From the NCBI GenBank assembly GCA_009103225.1, contig RHPI01000797.1, positions 681,064 to 745,063 on the forward strand: DNA of 64,000 bases, in the 5' to 3' direction. Both the position numbers and the translations under genes were made by a program. This document shows positions 57,802 to 64,000 of the stretch, in pieces; position 1 is the first letter of the stretch; each line of letters opens with the position of its first letter. Origin of the DNA: Chlorokybus atmophyticus. Lineage: Eukaryota > Plantae > Mesostigma and Chlorokybus algae. A model generated the notes under the pieces. It ran no database searches. It worked only from the letters and a program-made list of their open reading frames with translations, and was not told the DNA's origin.

Positions 57802-60045
57802 CTATCTTTCCTCTGATCGTACCATGTCAATTGTGATAGCATATACTCGATTCCGCTTGATACCAGTTTCCTCGGCAACTTGCCGAGTAGCCTGCACATA
57901 TTGCCATGATCAAGGCCAATCCAGATTGCTCAGCTAGCACTAAAGTATGACTAACAATGCGCCAGTTGCCCACACAAACACTAGATGCAGTAGAGAACAA
58001 GGACGTCAGTACCTCTGATGCGCTCACACCTCCGTCAAACAAAGCGCGCAGGCGCTGAGCAAGCTCAGCATCTGAGACTGGCTCCACAGCATGCTCGTAT
58101 CCAGCGATCAACAAAGTAATCTCCCCACGCGGTGCATGCTCATCAAAGTGAGCTTTGGCATCACCTAAAGTCCCTCTCCAGAACTGTCAGATATTTGCAT
58201 GTAGTTAAGAATGACCGTATGCACCTTGCAAGGCCTGGCAACATGTACACGGCAAACCTCTTCGTGCAATTTGGTAAGCTCCCTTGCCACAACGCATTTC
58301 CTGACAGCCATAACTTTGTCAGTTGTGACAAAGCATGTAGTTAGTGTCAATGCAACAAGGAGAGCATTACCGCCACATACCTGTCAGGCCTGAAGGCTTC
58401 AGCAGCATTTTGTAGTGTCGCTTGCAGGCGATGCGGGGGCACATAAAATGCAACGGTTTGTTCCACCGTGGCAAACCGAGACAGCGTCTGCCGCCTGGCA
58501 GCCGCTGGTGCTGGTAGAAACCCACCTGACGATGACAACAACCACAACAAACACGTGAATGTCTGTATAAAATTGCAGCGACCATGAAAGCTACCGATCA
58601 TGCGTGCCTTCATCACCAGAGCAGGACTACCTACCAAACATGAACTCGCGCGTCGACAGTCCAGACGCCACAAGTGCGGACAGCACAGCTGATGGGCCAG
58701 GCACGCTGAACACCCTCACCCCTTCCTCAATGCAATGCTGAACCTGCAGAAGGTTCCCATTTGAGCTATAACCATTGAGAGCGCCAAGCTTGATGTGGCC
58801 AAGCATCCAGACATAAAAAACAGCAACCTGATCAGAATACAGAGGCTTACCAGCACAGCGCCAGGATCGCTCACACCCGGCATGCCCGCATCTGAAACCA
58901 GAGCAAGAGCCTGCCCCTGTTGCAACCTTTCCACAAACGCACTGCTTTTCTGCCTCTCGTTGTGCTCATTGCAGCTTATCAGCCGCGTGCTGATCGCATA
59001 GTGGTTCAAAAGCTTCACAGTGTGGCGAGTGTCTTCCGCAAGCACCGCGTCTGCCTCTCGCAAGATACGCAGAGCTCTGTGCAACAAGCAGTGAACACCT
59101 ATACAACAGATCACCAGATGCTGTATGCGTGGTCAATGGCATGCTGTCAACGAGGCAGTAGCAAAGCCCCGCGTGCAGACGTATTCCTGACTGGTACCTG
59201 AGTGTGATATCTTCAAGGTTTCCTATTGGAGTGGCAACCAGATACAGACCAGCAGCTAGAGGCCCCTGGAATGCAGGTAACCTCAACCGTCAGTGCTACT
59301 AGCTGCTGAACACAATGTGCGCCAGTAGCCGAAACACCACTGAATACGACATTACAACAAGTTGCTTGCGTCAAAACACGTTTATGCAAAGACAAGGCAC
59401 GCACCGACTGTGCGGTTTGCAGTGCAGCGACGGCTTTGAGATGATCAGCAATGCTGCTGGTCGTGTCCCCTGCTGTAGGACCGGTTCCTGTGCTGGACAA
59501 AGTCAGTCAGGTTGGAAGGGAGGGTTCAAGTGCGGTCCCAGCATGCTGCCTGACAACAACGACTGAAGGTACTGGCCCGCACTGCAACCATGCATGCATG
59601 CTGTACCTGTAGCCTACAGAACAACACGAGCGCAGCAGGCGCCATCTTCCACCGCTCAATTGCCGCGCTCTGGCATGCACGAAGGTGTCAAAGACAAATC
59701 ACACTGCGGCAACTGAAAGTAAAACAGGAGGTAGGCATGCAACTAAGCAGAATAAGGTAAACCAGCATTGTAATTGAATTTTCAGCAATAAAGCGGGCTT
59801 TGACGTAAGTACTTCGGTGTTGAAGTAACCCAACGCAGCTTGCAACAATCGCAACGTTGATGCAGCTTCATTTAGCTAAGGAAACCACAGCCAACAAGCG
59901 AATGCATTGCCCCGCAGCAGCATGTCCACCTGCAAGGTTGTATGCGAACAGCGCATGACGGCAGCAGCAGCCTTCTCCTCGTGCCGCTCCACTGCCTCCA
60001 ACCAGCCGAGGACAGTCTCCACGACACCCCCGCCGCCGCCGCCAT
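57802..60045 (-). CDS. rsmI: Organellar rRNA small subunit 2'-O-methyltransferase RsmI (tetrapyrrole methylase family)
   Basis: [101 protein letters not shown]. Transit-peptide-like first exon; exact termini uncertain. Confidence 0.92.
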
Positions 60046-60410
60046 GCCGGAGCCTAGCGTCACACTTCACGCAGGGACGTCGTCACACTATAGCACACCG
60101 CATCACGCACCTCTTGGTCACACGTGATAGGCGTCACGTACGGTGCAGTGTTTTGCCGCCAACGCCGGAGCTGATGCGCAGTGTGAGCCGTAAGATGACA
60201 AGCCTCGCTGTGCACATTGCAATGCAAACAGGGAGAGCACGCCGAAGTCCAGCCGTGGGCGTGCGCGGTGCAATCTTGCACTAAGATTGCGCGGGCGGGC
60301 GTCGGCGCTAGCAGTGCGCGACGCAGGTTATGTGCAGGACCCACATTACAGTGCAATCAATCGGAGGTCTCTTGCCACGGCGGCATTGTGGAGGTGGAGT
60401 GTGTGTGGCA

Positions 60411-63400
60411 ATGGCGGCGGCGGGGATGGTGTCGTCGTCGTCCGGGGCCGGCGTGGCTGCTGCGGGCCTGGAGGTGCTTGCGCCTGTCTGCGCGAACGGC
60501 TTGCCAGCCTGCGCCAAGAGCGCCGCAAGGCCGGCTGCCGGGGCACGGCTGCGGCTAGGCAGCAGGTGAGGATGAAACCCAGGCCCCGGGCAGGCGCTTG
60601 CGCAAATTGCATTGTGGGATCAAGTTTCAGAGTAGTGTCATCTTGTCTGAGTGTTTGCATGGATGACGTCCACCGACCACGGCCACGCTATCACACATTG
60701 TGCACAGTGCGCTGCCAATCGGGCATGCATGTCAAGACTGCGTTGGTTACGAAGTTGACACAATTGAATGCATGGCACTCTGCAAAGCTTCTTGCACCGA
60801 TCATGAGGAATTAAAAGCTGCCCGACCTCACAAGTTGTTGTGGTATCCAGACCTGCTGCATTCGTGCCAATAAGGTCGGCCAAGAGAGCCACAGGTAAGC
60901 CGTATACGCTTGCCTCCGCACCAATCAGGGTGGTGGTGGCGCCATGGACCCGGAATCCAACATGCGTCTTTCTGCTGCATGTGCCGCAGGTGCCGCACAG
61001 CGAGGTGTTACTCTTGCGACCGCCTCATCTGACGAACCAGAAGGCAGTGCAGATGCTCCCCGAGAAGAAGCTCCTGCAGGTGCGGACTCGTGAATGCCTG
61101 TGGCGACACTGACCTGCTCCACGGACGCAGACACTGCCCTCTCAGCTTGCACAACAACATGCAATGAGACGTCCTGATCTTCTTCTGAACTATGCAGATA
61201 AATGCATGTTTCGCGAAGTCACCGTGCAGTTCAGCCTGCAGCAACCCTGCATGTTTGGCCAGAAGTATGTTCTGGTTGGCTCGCACCCCGTCCTGGGTGA
61301 GTGGAGCGTTGATAAGGCCATACGCTTGAACTGGAGCGAAGGAGATGTATGGATAGCAGAGGCGGTGAGTTTACATCACAACCTGCAGATATATGCAGGC
61401 CTGATGGTTCGCAGTTTAAAACATTTGCAGCATTGCACGTTCAGCAGCCACTGCATGCGTTAGTGCATGCACATTTTATCTCGTCCAACAATATTTATTG
61501 CTTCTGTATTGTAAGCACATCAGGTTCTAGACAATGGTATGCAGGCTTGAACGACGTCATCATGTCTTGCCATCTTATTGGCAGCACCAAGCATACCTGG
61601 CTGCATGTCTTTGGCCAATGCACGTGCGGCTGTCAACCTGAGCCACATATGGTCCTCCATGAATTGCCCTGCAACGCTCAATGCTTGCTTATTACATTCA
61701 GGTGTTGCCAGCTGGAGACCATTGTGAATACAAGTACCTATTGCTGGATTGCAACGATCTGGTTGTCACCTGGCAACCAGGAAACAATATGTCCCTTGAC
61801 ATCCCAGATACAGCAAATGATTCCATCATTGCCGTGCTAGACACGTGGGATGGCGGTCGCTTTGACACTGCTGTGCTTGCGAAGCCATCACCCGAGGAAA
61901 CAGGTGCAGCTGATGCTGCAGTTGAAGCTCCCGGCTCAGAAGCTCCTGAGGTATTGATGATAGCTGAATTTGTATGGTGCTTGCACTGTTTGAGATGTCG
62001 GCAACCATGCAACAACATGCAACATCTTGTTAGGTCAAGGAGGCTGAGAATAAGGCTGTGGACGAGCTCACAAAAGAAGGGGTACGTACTGTGTTGCCAC
62101 TTGCAGCATTGCACGCGGTAACATCCGTCTCATGTTGGATTGTACAGGGTTCGTCTGCAGATACATCTGGCACCACAGAGTTCTTGTCGAATGAGGCTGC
62201 TGACACTGAATGTCCTGAAGAGGAAGCTGCCATGGCAGCAACAGAAACGCCTTTTGTACAGGAGTCTGCTGCGGTAAGCTGGGCCTTTTGAGCGCTGACA
62301 GTGAACGCATCCCCTTTCGTGTGCCTAATGCACTTGTTCTCTATCAGGCTGAGAAGGCAGAAGAAAGTGCCGTGGAAGAGGCCACCAAGGTGCGCATTGG
62401 TGGCGCGGTTGTGCTTGTAAGTGTTGACGCTGATGTATTATTGTTACCTGCAGGACCCCTCACAGTTATCAGGAGAGGCTGTGGACAACGAGCACCCTGA
62501 GGAAATAGCTGCTATGGCAGCAACCGAAACCCCATATGTAAAGGAAACTGCGGCGGTGAGTTCTGGTGCACTTCTGTGGACATCGCAAGCAGCGCTTGCT
62601 TGTCAGTCCATCAATCTGTTTGGTTGAGTGCATCCAAAGGCAAAGGCGGCACACTTAGTACTTTTGCCATCAGTCAGCAATGCTGAGGTGTACATCCGGA
62701 CAGCCTGCATAACGTCCTGTGTGATATCAGTGTCTTAAGCATTGTTAAGAGGCAGCAGAAGTCTGAGACAGCCGCAGGGCATGTGAAGTAGTAGAAATGG
62801 ACATTGTGATGGCACTCGCGCTTAGGAGCTAGATCTGGTTTTGTCCAGCAGCAGATGTAGCCGGTTGCCAATTGGGTGGGTCGCCACACTATTGCAAGCT
62901 GAGGTCGTGCCGCTTTGCAGGCAGAAAAGGCTGAAGAGGATGCGGTGTCTACTGCACAGGCTCACGAGGTAGATGGCAGACAGGTCTCACTGCTGCTTTT
63001 CCACAGACATGTTTTCCCATAGTGACATACAGAACAGCCAGCTGATGGTGGAAAGGAACGCTAGAATAGCGCATTTAAACGCACTGTCGTGCAGAGTCCG
63101 CAAGAGGAGGTCGCGCAAGCATCTGATGTCGCAGTGGAAGCAGCTTATGGGCCCACGGACGCTGTCGAAGATCTGAGTAAGCAGTCTTGTCAATATTGGA
63201 CGCATATTGGATCCATATTGGACGCATTACTGAAGGATATCAAGATGCCTGATCGGCTGACTGCTTGTGTGCTATGCGCTCCAGGTTCCAAGGAAATGCA
63301 ACAAAGTGTGAGCTCAAACTCCGATGTCACCGCCGCATCTGGCAGTCAAACGGTACGCTCATGCGTTGCAAGTTTCAGCATGTTAGCAATGTCACAATGG

Positions 63401-64000
63401 CCGCGAGCAGATCTGCGCGTCGGTTTGTTCTCCGTAGGTGTCGTATGCGATGCGAAGCGCAAGCTTCTAGGTCCGAGTAGTCCCCGCTTAGCCGATGTCG
63501 GTGTGCTTCTTTTGCAGATAGTGACCGATGTCAGTCAAGCACCAGCTGCACCAAAGCGGCGTCGCGCGCGCAAGGCAGACGCCACAGCTGGCAGCGGAGA
63601 CGCTGCCACCAATGGGGTCCTCCAGGATGCAACCCCCAAGCGACGCACGCGGAAGGCGACAGCTAGCAAGGCCTCCAACGGGGTAGACCCATCGGGGATT
63701 GATGCCGCGGAAGCAGACTCTAAGCCGAAACGACGACCTCGCAAACCTAAATTGGTAGATGCCGAGGCTGTCCTTGATGGACAGACTGAGACCCCAAAGA
63801 AACCTACAAGGCGGCGCACTGCGGCCAAGAAGGCCGCGAGTCCGGTCGCTGAGCCCTCCACCGAACTGTCTGTTGCCTTGGCTGCAGAACCGCCTGCGTC
63901 TTCTGCCATTGCAAAGGCACGAATTCAAAAAGATTTACAACAACAAAGAGAGTCTGAGAAGCTTTTGGACACGCGGTCATCTAGGCTTGCAGTCCGCCGA
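60411..64000 (+). CDS. CBM20 starch-binding protein with transit peptide, acidic repeat exons and a basic Lys/Arg/Pro-rich region (3' end outside window)
   Basis: VTVQFSLQQPCMFGQKYVLVGSHPVLGEWSVDKAIRLNWSEGDVWIAE|VLPAGDHCEYKYLL..VTWQPGNNMSL matches the CBM20 pattern. It is followed by E/A/T-rich exons and an open frame from about 63519 to the window end (PKRRRARK, PKRRTRK, PKRRPRKPK, PKKPTRRR). Confidence 0.8.

Overview
Intron-rich eukaryotic nuclear DNA from a flagellated, plastid-bearing green organism. The best fit (inference) is an early-diverging streptophyte alga, because the window combines a flagellar CFAP100, plastid-type transit peptides, an MS1/MMD1-family PHD gene and a U12-type intron. 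I reconstructed 11 spliced genes by eye from splice signals and remembered family motifs: MS1/MMD1-like PHD, PHO1/XPR1 (SPX-EXS), LSM12, AP-4 mu, an SYCP2-like meiotic axis protein, an RS-domain cyclophilin, a fructosamine-kinase-family protein, CFAP100, plastid GPAT, an FKBP and RsmI. A twelfth gene, a CBM20 protein, runs off the right edge. Four of the gene pairs are head-to-head. A decayed TE island at about 17.3-21.6 kb holds a TA-flanked MITE, a Penelope-like RT relic and a two-knuckle gag relic. There are two N gaps and two gap-filled simple repeats; the 1.76 kb poly-G probably masks GPAT exons. Most notable: an AT-AC minor intron in LSM12, a full ARM+PH+coiled-coil SYCP2-type protein, tandem uORFs in the PHO1 leader, a CBM20 protein with acidic repeats and a basic tail, and a tandem 16-bp-hairpin repeat. 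No database searches were run; family assignments come from recalled motifs.
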